Positions 39,911-54,499 of a stretch of 64,000 bases of DNA are shown piece after piece. The notes beneath the pieces are model-generated. The model saw only the letters and a program-made list of their open reading frames with translations. It was not told the origin of the DNA and made no database searches. Numbering within the stretch: the stretch's first letter is position 1; every line of letters begins with the position of its first letter. The translations under genes and the position numbers were made by a program. The stretch is from Vicugna vicugna. Its lineage: Eukaryota. Location of the stretch: assembly GCA_013265495.1 (NCBI GenBank), contig MU057984.1, positions 551,597-615,596 of the forward strand, read 5' to 3'.

Positions 39911-40419
39911 TGAAGGCGTTCAGGATGAGCTTCCTCAAAATGTGCCACTTTGGCATGTGGGGTACTTGAGCTAAAAGCAACTGAGATCCTTTAGGCCCAA
40001 GAAAAACTTCTGCCCCTCCCTTAAATACCTAGAATAATTTAAATTGAGAGTCTTTCCCAGAATGAGAATTACTAACAGAGATAAATTTTATTTGAGTGAT
40101 CCATCTGTATACTGGGGCAAACATCTAATTACCAAACATCTGCTCTTCTTACTGTCCTGTGAATCATCCTCTTCCCCTTGGAAGCCCCAGGCCCCTATCC
40201 CATTCCTTAGCTCAGGATGGCATGTACATATCTCATTTTACCCTTTGGTCTCTGAATCTCTTATGTATGTAGGGTCTCTGACCTCTTCTTATATGTGGGA
40301 TTCCTGGACATATAAAATTAAATTTGATTTTCTCCTGTTAATCTGTCTCATGTTGATTTGATTATTAGACCAACTGAAAGAATCTTTGAAGGGTAGAGGA
40401 AAATTCTTTCTCCTCAACA
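39911..40419 (+). mobile_element. ERV1 solo LTR, MER34-related subtype
   Basis: tgaaggcg..caaaatgtgccactttggcatgtgg..ctcaaca; perfect TSD ggag. Confidence 0.92.
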
Positions 40420-40765
40420 GGAGGCACAAGTAAACTGGATGCCAGGGAATAAGGACATAACAGCAGATCATTCAAAGCATTTGGTAAAATTTTCTCTTTT
40501 TTTTCTTATTTCCCCTTTCTTTAGAATCACTGTTAAAGCTAAAGGAACACTTTTGAGTCTACAATAGCAATGATGATGGTCTCTGTGAATAAAATGTTAT
40601 ATATAATTGAGGTAAGTATTGGTTACACTTACAGTTGGTCAGTTAATATAATTTTTAATCTATCAGTATATTTAGCATAAATACACAACCTATTTCAGTA
40701 ATAATTCCTGCTATCGAGGAATTTTAAGTTTCATTCACAAATGAAACACAAAATAATTACACATA

Positions 40766-41342
40766 TGTATTATTTTTCTTTTGCTTCCATACTAATTTAG
40801 CACAAATTCAATGGCTGAAAGCAATGTCCACTTACTATCTCACAGTTCTGGGGTCAGAAGTCCAGTGTGGCATGGGGGTATTCTCTGCTCAGGTTCCACT
40901 GGCTGAAGTCAAGGTATCAATGAGGCTACAAAGCTCATCTGAGACTTGGGCCTTTTTCCAAACTCTGTGATGGTTGTCAGAATTATTTCTTTTTGTTGGT
41001 AGAACTGAGGCCCCGTTTTTCTGTTGGCCGTCAGGCAGGGGCTGATGTCAGCTATTAAAGTCTCCTACTCACAAGTCATCTTACAACATGGCATTTCCTT
41101 CTTCCTTTAAGCCAGCAGGAGCACATCTCTCTCTGACTTCTGCACATCCAGAGAAACTCTACTGTTTAGCTTCTCGCCTGATTGAGTCAGGCCCAATTAG
41201 ACAATCTCCATATCTTAAGGTGAGCTGACTTGGGACTTTAAATACATCTGTAAAATCTCTTTCCAGCAGGACACGTATCACTGATTGAATAACCAGAGGG
41301 CTGGAATCTTGGGGGACTACCTTTACAATTCTGCCTGTTACT
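40766..41342 (-). mobile_element. MaLR solo LTR, MLT1E-like
   Basis: tatctcacagttctggggtcagaagtcc..cttaaggtgagctgac..aattctgcctg. Confidence 0.85.
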
Positions 41343-43379
41343 GTATACAAATGCAAATTAACACTCAAGAAGGAAATCTGATGAATGTGCTTTGACTGCA
41401 GTGAACAGAATGATTGGTTTGGATAAATGGTTTAAAAAGAAAGCTTTAAGTATGTGGATTTTGCAAAAAAATGTAAAGAATTTTAAATGTTAAAAATAAA
41501 TGAATAATGTATTCCACAAGGAAGACATATATGCAAGATCAAGGCAGGAATATCAGTACAGTTATATGGAGTACATGTAGAGTTTTAATATCTTTCAGAA
41601 CTATTTATATTTGAGCTAAGATATTTTTCTTGGTTCTGTGATAGGTGAGTTAATATAGTGGTAGAATTTAGTGAGATTAATTTAGTTTTAAAATTATTTG
41701 ATAGAATATTTAAATCACCTTCCCTCAGTATTATGTGTACGAATCACCTTCCTCCTCCTCAGACATACATCAGTTGTGTGTGCCTGTACACATATATGTG
41801 GACACATATGCATACATCTGCATGCACTTGCACACACATACAGCTATACTACTGGAACACAAAATAAGTTTCTTAGCCCATCAATTATATAGCTGCAGCA
41901 AGATACGAGTTGCAGAATCACTCAGTAAACCATTTTAATAAATACACTGATTCTACGCTCAGTTACAAAATCCATCAATCAGTGCCCGACAGACTCCAAT
42001 ACTGGCAAAAGAGACTCTGCTCACATGAGAGGAAAGGAGAAACAGAGGTATCAAAGGCAAATATTTCAATGAGATGAATGATTCTTTATTCAACAAAGAG
42101 GAAATTATTAGTTATCATCCAAAGGAGTGTGAGGAATGGAAACAGAATGTGCCTCCAAATAAAGGACAAGTAATTGGCAGGGGAATGAAGGAGGGCAATG
42201 AAATCACAAAAATTCAATGAATTGCTTCCTTCAAATAATTATGATGGTGAGAAACTGGGTCATGTACAAGTCTATGTCTTAATGTAAACTGGTTAATAGA
42301 ATAATTCTTATAAAATTCAATGACTAGTAGTAGTTAGAGGGGATTTGAAGACAATATTGAATCAGGGATACAAGATGAACTGTGAGAATTCAGAATGTGG
42401 TTGTTAAAAGAAGAGGAGGCCCTAGAAAATAAACTACTTTGATCTATTGTGGTAAGTCCTGTTTCTATAACTCAGCAGTTTAATTTTATTTTTCTAACCA
42501 AGGAATATTATATTATAAAATATAAATTAAAATTTTCATGCATTATTGCTTTCTTAAAAACAAATCTTTCATGACGAAGTAAAGCCAGGGTGATTAAATT
42601 TAGTTGACACAAAAAGAAAAAAAAAAGATGTTATATATGAAGAAGAGAATAGAAAATGTAGTGATATAATAGCAAAATGCTAGGGTCCAGATGCTATGAT
42701 AGCAAAGGCCAGGAATAATAAGTTTTCAATTTCTGGGTTAATTCTATAAAACGCTATGTTCATTAGTACTCAATACTCTACAGATACTTAATTACATCTA
42801 GATTGAATTTAAATGAATGGTTTTCATTAATTAGAGGGCATCCTTATCTCCATTCTAATGATAGTAAAAAACAAAAAATATTTTTATAAAGCACCTGAAG
42901 TGTACTGGTCATGTTTATGTGTGAAGGATGGCCTAGCTTATTTAAAACATTAAGGGCTTTGGAAACTAGAAATATGCAAAGAAAAAGAATAGATTAACCA
43001 AATAATGCACATAATTTGGGTTATTTTGTAATTATAAATGCTAAATGCAATATATTCCCTGAGTAACTTACAAGCACATATAGACTTATACTATTTGGAT
43101 GGCATTTATCATACACCCTCCTGTAAACCACATCCAAATCAAGTACTTAGAAAAAAGTTAAAGTAACCTGTCTTGTTCATGATATTACTATGGAAACTCA
43201 TAAATATAAGCTGGAAAAAAAAGTGGCATTACTTTTCTGATTGTAAAAGTAACATATACTCCTTATCAACAATCTGGAAGTTACAGGAAAGTATAGAGGA
43301 AAATTTCACCATAACACTACCTTTCTAAGATACCCACTGTTAATATTTTAGTATTTTGGATTATCTCTATCTGTCTACA

Positions 43380-45400
43380 CCCCTCCACAAATCTCATTCC
43401 TGGTCTCTCCACTTCTTTCACTGAAGGTCTAGCTTGCATACTCACTCTTTTTGTCTTCGTGCTGATTCCTGCCACACCCCAGATGACTGCAACTTTCAGG
43501 ACTCTCAGTTCAGTTCCTTAATTTCTTAACTGTCAGTGTCTCTTACCTATGTTCTACTTCACCACCAATTCCATGGCTGTATCATAGATTACATCTCTCC
43601 CTAGCACTTCTCTACTTCTGACATTCTACATTCACATTTCATACCTTCATACCTATGACTCCAAACATGTGTCCTCTCATTCTCACATTAGGGAATTCCC
43701 ACTTGACCTGTTCTCTGACCTATGAGTCCCTCGCTTCTAACTCCATTTCTTGCCAAATTAGATTCAGCTGTTAATCATTTTACTGTCTCTCTCGACAGTC
43801 CCTGAGACCCCTTGCTTCACAGTCTTCACTCACAATTGTCTGGCAAAACTCCACCCAGGGATCTTTGAAAGTCTAGACCTTCTCCCAGATGCTGAGAATG
43901 GGAGAAAATTCCGTCCGTGTAGAAAGATCTTAAAGTTCAGTGTTGATTAGAAGGTCTCTGTATTCTTATCCAGTTTTCTCTGATTGTCTATACTTGCTCT
44001 TTTCAAACCTTTACAGCTCTTATGAAATCTATTTTATCCTTCTGCTTCAATCTCAGGGGATACCCTTTCTTTCCCCTAAATTTTAGAACAAATACAGACC
44101 ACTAGGCAGGAATATTCTGAATTTCTAACTACCAAATAGTAATTGAAACCCATGATCTGTCCCTTGGTTCCTGTTGCAAAGCAGGGAGCTGAACTGTCTG
44201 CTGTCTGAGGCCATTCCTTCCCCTAATGGAATGAATCCTTTTACCCAGAGGCCTCATTTCAAATACCCTTGTTTACTCTTAACATTCAACTTCTGCCTCT
44301 AGGCTTCTTTAGGAGAGTGACCAGACATGGCAGCAGCAGGGAGAGAAGTGGCTTTACTCTCAGTGGACAGGCTCATTTCCATTCCAGGGAAGGGGCTTAG
44401 GCCATATATGCCCAATTACTCTTTTCAGATTTACCGATTAGATAAGTCACTCCACATCCCAGGAAGAAAGAGGAAACTAGCAGAGGAAACCAGGTACTTA
44501 GAGCACATACCGTAACTCCCCTTTAACTGGAAGGAAATGTTAGAAGGGAGGACGACACATTCCTCCATTACATTGCTGAACTTGACTTCTGATTCTATGA
44601 CTCTTCTTTCTTCAAACTCTCTCTGGGCTTTCACATATCATGCTGCCTTGGATCTCATCTCTCTGACTGTTCCTTCTGAGCATCCCTTGTAAGATCCACT
44701 TCCTCCACCTGTCTTTATAAGTTCTTTGTGTCAGTATAAATTATCTCCTAGCTCCTTTTATCTTTTCCTTTCCATGTTTTCAATAATTCCTGGGTTCTAT
44801 CTTCAACGTAGATCCCTACCCAGAGATTCAGGAATCTAAGTTCAACTGCCTTCTGGACATCTTTCACTGGATTCCCACTGGCATTTCAACAACAATATGG
44901 TGCAAACTGAACTCCCATTTCTGAAATCATCATCTTTCTCCTTCTAAATACCCCACTGTGTTTGTACCTACTATCCATCCTGGCATTCAATCGAAAAATA
45001 TGGGTGCCATCCCAAACAATATCTTCTTTCTCCCTACTTCCAGTCCACCAATTCCCATCCCTTTTGTCTCCTAAATATCTGTCAAATGCATTCACTTCTC
45101 TCCCTTTCCACTGCAACTCCCCATATTTAGGCAGCCATAATATCTTCTCAGGATCACTGCAAAGGTCTCCAAACTGGTCTTTGCCATCTACGATGTTCCC
45201 CATATTTCACACAACATTCTTCACACTTGGACACAGTGATCTTTCTAAATTGAAAATCCAGTCTTGTCCTTACTTGTTAATTCCAGGCCTAAACTCTGCC
45301 CACAGAAACCCAATGCTAATAGGATGAAATCTATAAAGACCCAATGGCATGGCCCCAGCCAGTGGTTTCATTCTCATTTCCAAATATCTTTCCTTCATGT
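43380..45400 (+). mobile_element. Fragmented L2 LINE
   Basis: Pyrimidine-rich L2 motifs (caactgccttctggacatc, aaactgaactc, cactgcaaaggtctccaaactggtct, gtgatctttctaaa). Confidence 0.7.
44311..44572 (-). mobile_element. Possible short or truncated LTR inside the L2
   Basis: Purine-rich block in pyrimidine-rich L2; reverse complement starts tgtaatgg with TATA-like catatat and agtaaa. Confidence 0.35.
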
Positions 45401-45999
45401 CAAAAAGAGTTAAATTTCATTGGCTATAGTAAGCCATGCATATTTTTTGTTATTTAAACAGAAATTTAGGCCCTTTAATAGTTTACAACACAGCAGGTAT
45501 AGTGGGTTGTCAGTGATTCTCTACCATAATTTCCACCACTAAGGTCGTTTGCTGACACAATAGAAGTGAGTCTTGATCACTATTAATAGAAGGGCTATAT
45601 TTAGAATTTCTGCATCTATATTCAAGTGTGAGCCAAACTAAGCTAGTTCTGTATGTTTCTTATATATTATTCTTTTCTGGTTTTGAATAGGTTTTGAATA
45701 TTAAGACAAACCTAGGTCCACAGAATTAATCAGTTAATATTTCAAGTTAATACTTCAAGTTTCTATAGAGTAGGAAATTTAATCAGCAAATATTTTGAAA
45801 ATTTAAAGACTTGATCATAAAATTACCTTAATCTGGAAGTTTTTGTTCCAAGAATTAATTCTAATGTCAATTTTCTCTCTGATTTATTGAAAATTTTACT
45901 TATTTTATTCAAGTAACTTTTAATAAGTTACTTATAGTAACTTATAAGTACTTAGACTAATTTAAAAATCATTTTTATATATATTTTTTAACCTAAAAC

Positions 46000-46225
46000 A
46001 GGGGATGAGAAGGCAGAATTAGAAATATTTTATTATTAAAATATACCTGCACTACCTGTGAAGTGGTATCATGTTATTGGAAAGTTGACTTGGATTAACT
46101 GTAAATGCATACTGCAAACTCCAGGGCAAACACTAAAAAAGTTAAAGAAAAAAAAAGTATAGTTGACATGCTAAGAACAGAAAAAAAACTGAATCATATA
46201 AAATGTTCAATTAAAACCGCAAAAG
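46000..46225 (+). mobile_element. Old L1 inter-ORF fragment (L1MD-like)
   Basis: ctgtgaagtggtat..ctgcaaactccagggcaaacactaaaaaa..aaatgttcaattaaaacc. Confidence 0.6.
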
Positions 46226-47135
46226 GTCACCTCACACCTGTCAGAATGGCTTTTATCAAAAGGACAAGGGATAATAAGTATTGGTGAGGATGTGAAGAAA
46301 AGGAAGTCTTATGCATATTATGGTGGGAATGTGAAGTGATGCAGCCACTATGGAAAACAGTATGGCGGTTCCTCAAAAAATTTAAAATAGAACTAACATA
46401 TGATCCACCAATCTCACTTCTGAGTATTTATTCAAAGGAAGTGAAACCACTAACTTGAAAAGATATCTGCACTCCATGTTCATTGCAGCATTATTTACAA
46501 TAACCAAAACACAGAAAAAAACCTAAGTGCCCAATGACAGATGAATAGATAAAGAAAATGTGGTATATACACACACACATATACATACATACATACAATG
46601 GAATATTATTCAGTCATAAAAAAGGAAATCTTGACATTGGTGACAACATGGATCAACCTTGAAGACATTATACTAAGCAAAATATGCCAGATACAGAAGG
46701 ACTAATACTATATGAGGTACTTATATAAGGAATCCAAAATAGTCAAACTCATAGAAACAGCATAGATGGTAGTTGCCAGTGTCTGGGGGAGGGAAAAATG
46801 GGGAGGGATTAGTCAAAGAGTACAAAAAATGAATAATTCCTAGAGAACTTATTCTGTGTACAACATAATGCCTGGAGTTAAAAATACTGTATTGTACACT
46901 TAAAAAATTGCTAGAAGGTAGAACTTATGCTAAGTCTTCTCATCACAGAAAATAATTACAAATAATGAGAGCAGGGGGAAACTTTTAGAGGTGAGGGATA
47001 TGTTTATGGCATAGATTGCAGTGATGATATCATGAACATATACTTACCTTCAAAATTATCAAGTTGTACACATTAAATATCTCCTACTTTTAGCATATCA
47101 ATCACACTTCAATAAAGTGATTTTAAGAAAAAGAA
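46226..47135 (+). mobile_element. L1 3' end (L1MA/MB-type)
   Basis: cacctcacacctgtcagaatggc..tgttcattgcagcattatt..cacttcaataaag. Confidence 0.9.
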
Positions 47136-48584
47136 ATGAAATGTTGTGATTTTCACACAAATCCTTTTAGGTTCTAATTGTCTCTTTCCTAGAGGTTATG
47201 CATGCACTCCAGGACTGCCACTGTCAGTTCTCCTTAACAGTTTAGGTAACAGGATATAGCTTGTCTTTCCCAATTTGATTTTGTGTCACTTGGTTATTTT
47301 TGCTTGATAAATTTGCTTGTTCAATTGCAGCTATTGTCTTGCACTGTATTCCAAAATTCACCAAAAAATACACTGATGGCTGAAAAATTCATTCATTGAA
47401 GCACAAGAGATGAAAAAAAGGATAACAGAAATGCTCTAACTCAGAATGTAAATGTAAATAGAGAGACTACACAAATAGAAAGGATAAATCTGCACGTGCT
47501 TAAAGAAGAGCACCTGTGTATAATAATTTTACAGAAGAAGCTAGAGAAGAAAATGTGATAGAGAATAGAGCAATAAATATCTGAAAGGTGGCTTTAATTG
47601 GATTGCTGACTAATTCCTTTCAAGTATTGTCTATTATAAAGTTTTGTCAAACAGTGGCACAATTCCATCATAAAGTTTCATCTTTTCAAAGAACAGGGAT
47701 CCCTCTGGCAAACCAATGAAGATTCCTGAGAACCAGTATTAAATTATGCCTTATAGAACTGAACTGACACATTTTGTTACTGAACATAGGGAGATGAGAC
47801 AAAAACTAGAGGCTTATTGAAGTCTTTGAAAATGAAGCAAAAATACAATGAAACAAAATAAAATAAAAATTACAACACACGGATCTCATAATGCAAATCA
47901 ATTTCAAAACATAATTCTAGAGAAGACAAAACTGGTGAAAGCATTTTGTTAAATGTCTCTGTAAGATGTCCCACAATATTAGTGACATAAAACATAGAAG
48001 AACAACTACTCGCATATGATAACAGTCATTTCACTGGATGAAACCTCTACAAGGAAATGTATTGACAACTGTTTGCATGTATATGATACATATATGTGAG
48101 AGAATTACCTGATGACATTTTGTTCTGTTTATTACAGAAAACCCATGATATAAGAGAAGAAATTTTGATTAAGTTAAAAATTAACTAATGATACAGAGAA
48201 GAGACTTTGGGATAAGTATGATAAGTAAGGAAGAGAGTTTATGTGAGTAAGGGAGGTTGCAACTGAAACTTTATTCACAGAGAAATGTGGGTGGTTAGTT
48301 TTATCCACTGTTTTAAACATTAATGAAATAGTGAAATTGCAAATACTGTTAAATGATGGCTAGTGAGTTACATATTTTCATTTGCTCTGTGAAGATCCAG
48401 GCTATAAATTCCAAATGCTGAATGAACATAACTTATTTATCAGTGTGTCATTCAGTCACAGCTGAGGCTATAAATGTTGATATCTAGCCTACAAACTACT
48501 TGCTAAGTCAATAAACCTATTTAAAGCTGTGCCTGACAGATGAATTTTTCTTTGCACAAAGATACCTTCAGCTAAAACCAGACA

Positions 48585-48788
48585 CAGTTGACCCTTAAGC
48601 AACGCCAACCCTTCACACAGTGGAAAATACACATATAACTTTATAGTAAGCCCTCTTGTATCCACGATTCTGCATCTACAGATTCAACCAACTGTGGACC
48701 ATGTATCACTGTAGCATGTATTTATTGAAAAAAATCTGCATAGGAATGGGCTCAGCAGTTCAAACTTATCTTGTTCAAGGGTCAACTG
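48585..48788. mobile_element. TcMar-Tigger MITE, Tigger2a-like
   Basis: TIRs cagttgaccctt..aagggtcaactg followed by TA. Confidence 0.9.
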
Positions 48789-49955
48789 TACACCCAGCAC
48801 TATGTCCTTTCTGAGAGGAATGAGGCACATTTAAAACTTTATACAAAGCTTCTGTACAGGTTAGCAAAGTTCTGGTAATAGTATCTGAAGAAACTTGGAA
48901 TAACACTAAAAATTATTCTTATCTTTGCCACTCTATCCCTATTTTATCTATCCCACTCTATTTTACCTTCTGGTACTGAGCATGTCACCACAGCTTAGCA
49001 TCTGATGGAGTCTGGATAGTAGATTTCCATGAGAAACCTCTACAGAATTGTCTCACTTCATGTTTCACTTGAATATCCAGAAATATCTTTCAGATCCACC
49101 ATTCTTGTTGACCCAAAATTGTGAGAGAGTATTTTCTTATGCTTAGTAGAAATACAGTATGGAAAAATAGACAGTGAATATGTAGACTGATCTATAAGCT
49201 CAACATATAGACCATCTAGGTAAACAAATATGTTCTTTTCTGAGACTGTAACAGTATCATTCTTCCCACTGCTGAGTCCATTATTATTGTCATCATTATT
49301 TTTATAATGATGCTTATCCCTACTATTTACAATTATACTAAATCTTGTTTTAATTACCAAAGTCTATAATCTTTATGGTTACTGAATGCATATTAAGTGA
49401 CCTAGGGTGGTAAAACTTGGAAACCACACAGAATGCACAACTGAAAAGTAGAGTGCGTATGACTTAAAAGCACAGCTTCCATTGTCCTATTCAATCCACT
49501 CTCAAGTCACAAATGATCACAAGAGATGGCTCATGGATCATTTCAATTCAGAAATCCCCTTAAGTCTGAGATCTTTTTAGTTTTTATTCTTATATAGTCA
49601 AGCTTCACCCTTGGGGTAATAGGTAACAGGTTAGCATTACTCAGTAAACAACCTTGACAATGAGGAATGGGCACTGGGCCCAGTACACCATCCTCAACTG
49701 GATTCTCAGTAACTCGGATCTGTTGTACTCCTATAAGTTTCTGGAGTTAATGCTGCAAAGAGACTCCAACTAAATGTTAAGCCCTCAGGCATCTCCAAGT
49801 GTAAAAGAAAGGTCATAACTTGGCTATTAATCATTTCCTTCTAGCCAGAATAAGACTATTCAAGATAATACTGTAAAATCAAGCCAATTATTTAAATAGT
49901 CTAAATGAAGGTAGAGGTTTTTATTGATAATGCAAAGATAATCATAGTTTTCCTT

Positions 49956-50429
49956 TGTGGAAGGGAGGAAAACTTTTCATTCTTTCTTTTTAGGTTCTTT
50001 GGCTGGCCTAATAATTTAACTGACATAAGACAGATTAACAGGAGAAAAAAAATAATTTTGTATGTATGAGAGCCCCTCAAATATAAGGCTCCCTGATAGT
50101 CAGGCAGTTGAGGCTTATATGCTATCCTCAGCTAAGAAGAAGGGGGTAGGAGTCTGTGACTTCAAAAAGGAGGAAAGAAATTCACAGGAAGATGGGAAGA
50201 GCAAATGTTTGGTAAACAAATGTCTGACCTGCCATGCACGTAAGTCTAACAGAAAAAGTTATCTCTGGTAATAGCTCTCTTTCTGGTATAAGCTCCTTTT
50301 CTAATTCTTTTAGATTGTTAAAGGAGAGGTAAAAAGCTCTTAGGTCTGTTGGGCCTTGACTATCTTCAGCTTGAAATATCCACATGCCAAAGTGGCAAAT
50401 TCTGGGGCAGCCTACCCTGAACCCCATCA
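49956..50429 (-). mobile_element. ERV1 solo LTR, MER34-related subtype
   Basis: TG..CA termini; agacagattaacaggagaa and ccacatgccaaagtggcaaatt blocks shared with the other copies. Confidence 0.9.
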
Positions 50430-50439
50430 GTTGCCTATT

Positions 50440-51935
50440 CACAAAACAGATCTGAATTAACTGAACATAAATAAACCTATAACAAGCAAAGTGATTAAAT
50501 CAGCACTCAAATAATTTCCAGCAAAGAAAAGTCCAGGACCAGACAGATCACTTTACTAGTCAAACATTCAAAGAAAAATTAACGTCAATCTTTTTTTAAA
50601 TTCTCCCAAGAAGTAGTGGAGTGATTACTTCACACTGATTTTATAAGGCTAGTATTACTATTACATAAGCCAAAGACATCATTAAAAACAAACAACATGC
50701 ATTAAAATAATTTTCTTTAAAACAAACAAAAAACTACAAAGCAATATCCTCTAAGACTATAGATGCAAAAGCCCTCAACATAATATTAGCAAACTGAATC
50801 TAGCAGCATATTGAAAGGATTACACACCATCACAAAGCAGGATTTATCCCTGGGTTAACATATGAAAATAAATTTAATACACTTTATTAATAAAAATGAA
50901 GGAAAAAAGATTATCTCAGCTGATGTAGAAGAAACATTTGACAAAGTCCAGAACCCTTTATTGATAAGAAAATACTCAATAAAAAAGGAATAGAAGGGAA
51001 TATCCTCAATTGGTAAAAGGTATCCATGAAAAACCAACAGTTAACAACATACTAAACTGAAAGATGGAAAATTTCTCCTGTAATATCAGTATCAAAATAA
51101 GGATATCCACTTTTCTTATTTCTATTCAACATCGCACTGGAAGTTCTAGGCAGATAAATGAGGCAATAAGAAAAGTCATCAGCAAATTAGAAAGTAAAAA
51201 GTGAAACTATCTCTATATGCAAATGACATATCATATAAAGAAAATCCTAGAGAGTCTACTAAAAAGCTATCAGATAATAGTCACAGACAATAGATGAATC
51301 CAGCATAGTTGCAGTATATGAGATCAACATACAAAAATCAGTTTTATTTCTTTATAATAATTAACAATTGGAAATAAAATGAAGAAAAGAATTTCATTTA
51401 CAATAACATCAAAAATATTTAGGAATAGAGGGGACGGTATAGCTCAAGTAGTAGAGAACATGCTTAGCATGTGCGAGGTCCAGAGTTCAATGCCCAGTAT
51501 CTCCTCCAAAGATAAATAAATGAATAAACCTAATTACCTCCCCCTCATAAGACAAAAAACAAACAAACACCAAATGAAAAAGAAATACTTAAAAATAAAT
51601 TTACAATGAACATGCAGGACTCATACATTGAAAACTGCAAAACATTGCTGAAATAAATGAAAGAACAAAATAAACAGAAAGACATCTCACATTCATCTAT
51701 TAGAAGACTTACTATTGTTAAAATGGTAATATACCCCCAAACTGATTGGCAGATTCTATGCAATTTGTACCAAAATTCCAACTGCCTTTTTTGGGTGATG
51801 AAAATAGTCTTGAATTGGATGGTGATGATGGTTGCACATTTTAAACATACAAAAAGCCACTGAATTGTGTACTTTAAAATGGTTATAATAGTGAATTTTA
51901 TGTTAGGTGAATTTTATCTCAATTAAGAAAAAACT
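50440..51935 (+). mobile_element. Old L1 ORF2 RT region plus short 3' tail
   Basis: aaaagtccaggaccaga, gatgcaaaagccctcaac, ttctattcaacatcgcactggaagttctag; tail gtgaattttatctcaatt. Confidence 0.88.
51428..51580 (+). mobile_element. Camelid-type tRNA-derived SINE inserted in an old L1
   Basis: ggtatagctcaagtagtagag..gagttcaatgccc..cctaattacctcccc. Confidence 0.9.
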
Positions 51936-53124
51936 ACCAAAAATATCAAAGAACAATTTCACATATCCTGGGTGGCCCTTCTTTAAAAAAAAATACTATG
52001 AGGATAATAAACATTAAACAAGTCAGTATTATTTGGCAAGATATTGCATCAGCATACTATCTTCAATGAGGAGGTACTGGAGTAAAATTTGACATGTCAT
52101 GTGCTACACCACATCACAGGACCTTTCACGGATTCAGACAAGCAAATTTGGGAGGTAACATCACCATAATGAAATTATGGTTTATCATTGTTAAGAATAT
52201 CTACAAACGGCAGGAAATAGAGAATAATATTACAAACAAGTTTAGGTGTTAGAAAAGTTGATAATTAGAATGTGGATTTATATATAAAAAGGGTTAAGAG
52301 ATATAAAATTAGGATAATTATTATCTTTACTGGAGCCACTGATAACATTCCTGTGCACTTAGAATATGACTGTCCTCATAAAGATTCATTCATCACAGAT
52401 TTTGCAGAAAAATAGGTACATGTAATAAGAGATAAACCTGTAATCTAGAGACAGAGATCAAATAACTCCGACCTTAACTTTACAGTTGGAACAAATCTCA
52501 CTCTCTCTCTGTCTCTTTTCTCTCATCAAACATTTTATTTCGACACAGGCCATGAGGTATATATTAGGTAAAATTTGTTCACAGACAGAACGGTTGCAGT
52601 TACATTCTATAATATCAGTTTCAATATACATATCATTAAAATACATTTAACTATGTACTAATTAAAGGGCCCAGGTGTACTGGCAAGATGCCAGTGGAGA
52701 CACCATGGACTGTGTTACAAAATAAAATGATTATAGATAGCTCCGAATTTTTGTTCCCTAGACATTTTTAAATGTTATGGAATGACATTAAAATTGGTTC
52801 TATGTGAACATTTCTCCACGGCCCAAAACCAAATATAGTTCCAATGACATAAAATAAAAAGCCCAAAATCAGGTCTGTGGCCAACACTTGCCCTACCTCT
52901 TGCTCATTTTAGAGTATAACCATAGAGCCTTTAGAAAAATTACTGAAGGTGATTTAGAGCACACAAATGAAAGGAGTTTTTAATAAATGTCATCAGTATA
53001 TTCAGAGGAGTCCAGCTTAAACAATTAAACCTATGATGTTATCTTCATGTAAATGGAACCATTTCTATTATTTAAATATGCCTCTAGGATTTAGTAGGTG
53101 CCATTGTGAGAACCTAAAGTAACT

Positions 53125-53303
53125 GAACTCAAAATATGCACCACAGACTTCAGGCATAGAATCACTTGAGAATGCTTGTTAAAATGTAATTCTGAGGCTT
53201 TACCCAGGATGGCCTAAATTAGACTTTCTGGGTATATCATTTGGTAATCTCCTTTTTAACAAAGTTATCATTGCATAACTGCACATTAAATTTGCGAACC
53301 ACT
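53125..53303. mobile_element. hAT-Charlie MITE, MER5-like
   Basis: agaatcacttgagaatgcttgttaaaatg..tttttaacaa..tttgcgaaccact. Confidence 0.7.
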
Positions 53304-54499
53304 TTCACTCCCAGATGTGGCAGTATTCTCACTCATTCTCATTCTCCCTCCCTCTCTCTCTCCCGGCACCTTTTCTTTATCTTCAGTCACTAATATTACT
53401 AGTGGTCTTGCTGCTCATAATCTCCCTTAATCTGTGGTCATGTTCCCAATTTCATGGCAGAATGGGAAATCATTATTTTTTTCTTATTACAATTGTAAGA
53501 GCAGGGTTTTGATGTTCCTTTGAAATAAGACATCCATTGATACTCTTATTAAATGAACTGAGACCACATAGTACTTGAGAAGAAAAGTAGATGCATAAGC
53601 AATGTCCAATAATCTCAGAACATCAAGGGATTTCAAAATCATTCATATTGGTCCCTTCCTGTAAAAAGTAAATATTTTTAGAACAGAATTTACATAAGAG
53701 GCTAAGTCTGACTGGTGAAGAGAAGGAATAGAGCACTGGGATTTCTTTTCTTAGGACTGGAAAGTATTTTGGCTTAGAAACAGCCAGGATTAGAGCCCAT
53801 GCTAAGATATGATTGCTTAGAAGGACCAATTTTAATGAGTGGAAACTCAGGAACTCTTGATCACAAGTGCATTCTAAGAAACCAAGCACTATCTACATCT
53901 AACAAACCTACTGTTGCTGCCAGATTCTCTCACTCTCTCTCAAATACACTGCTATAATTGCTTTAGATGTACTTTCAGATTGGCAGACCAAGTGATGCTC
54001 TCCAACTTATGGCCTTATGCCTTCCAATTTTCCCCTCTAATTCTTTCTTCTGACAAAAAGCCTTTCATTTTCCTCTCAAAGTAGAGTATTTATCATCTAT
54101 TATTCTAGTATATTTTTAGTATCTTCTATTTCAACCTTAATAATATCTTTCATATGTAAGAAACCATGCAAGGTCCTCCAGAGTCTAGAAAAATGAGTAA
54201 GTTTGTCTCTGTCCCAAAATACCCCTATCAGAAAAAGAAAGACCCAAGATGAACTATTTACCTAGGAAATATAATACACAAAAACACAGTAACTGCTGAA
54301 AGGGTAGAAACAAAGAACTATAGGATTAAAGGAGAGCTGCTTGGATGTAGCCATGGTGGCACTGTGACATGTGGCGATTACATGGAAATAATTTGAGGTA
54401 GAAAAATCAGTATAAGCAAAGAGCAGGGGGTAAATAAACTTGTATCCCACTTAAGCGGCAGCTCAGAATACATATTGTGAAATCATTTCACAAATATGG

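Noticed and set aside
38989..40419. Adjacent LTRs as one deleted provirus
   Set aside because: Different subtypes, each with its own TSD; no PBS/PPT or internal sequence seen
44327..44515. 62-aa ORF as a processed pseudogene
   Set aside because: No poly(A) or TSD and no recognisable parent; the opposite strand looks LTR-like
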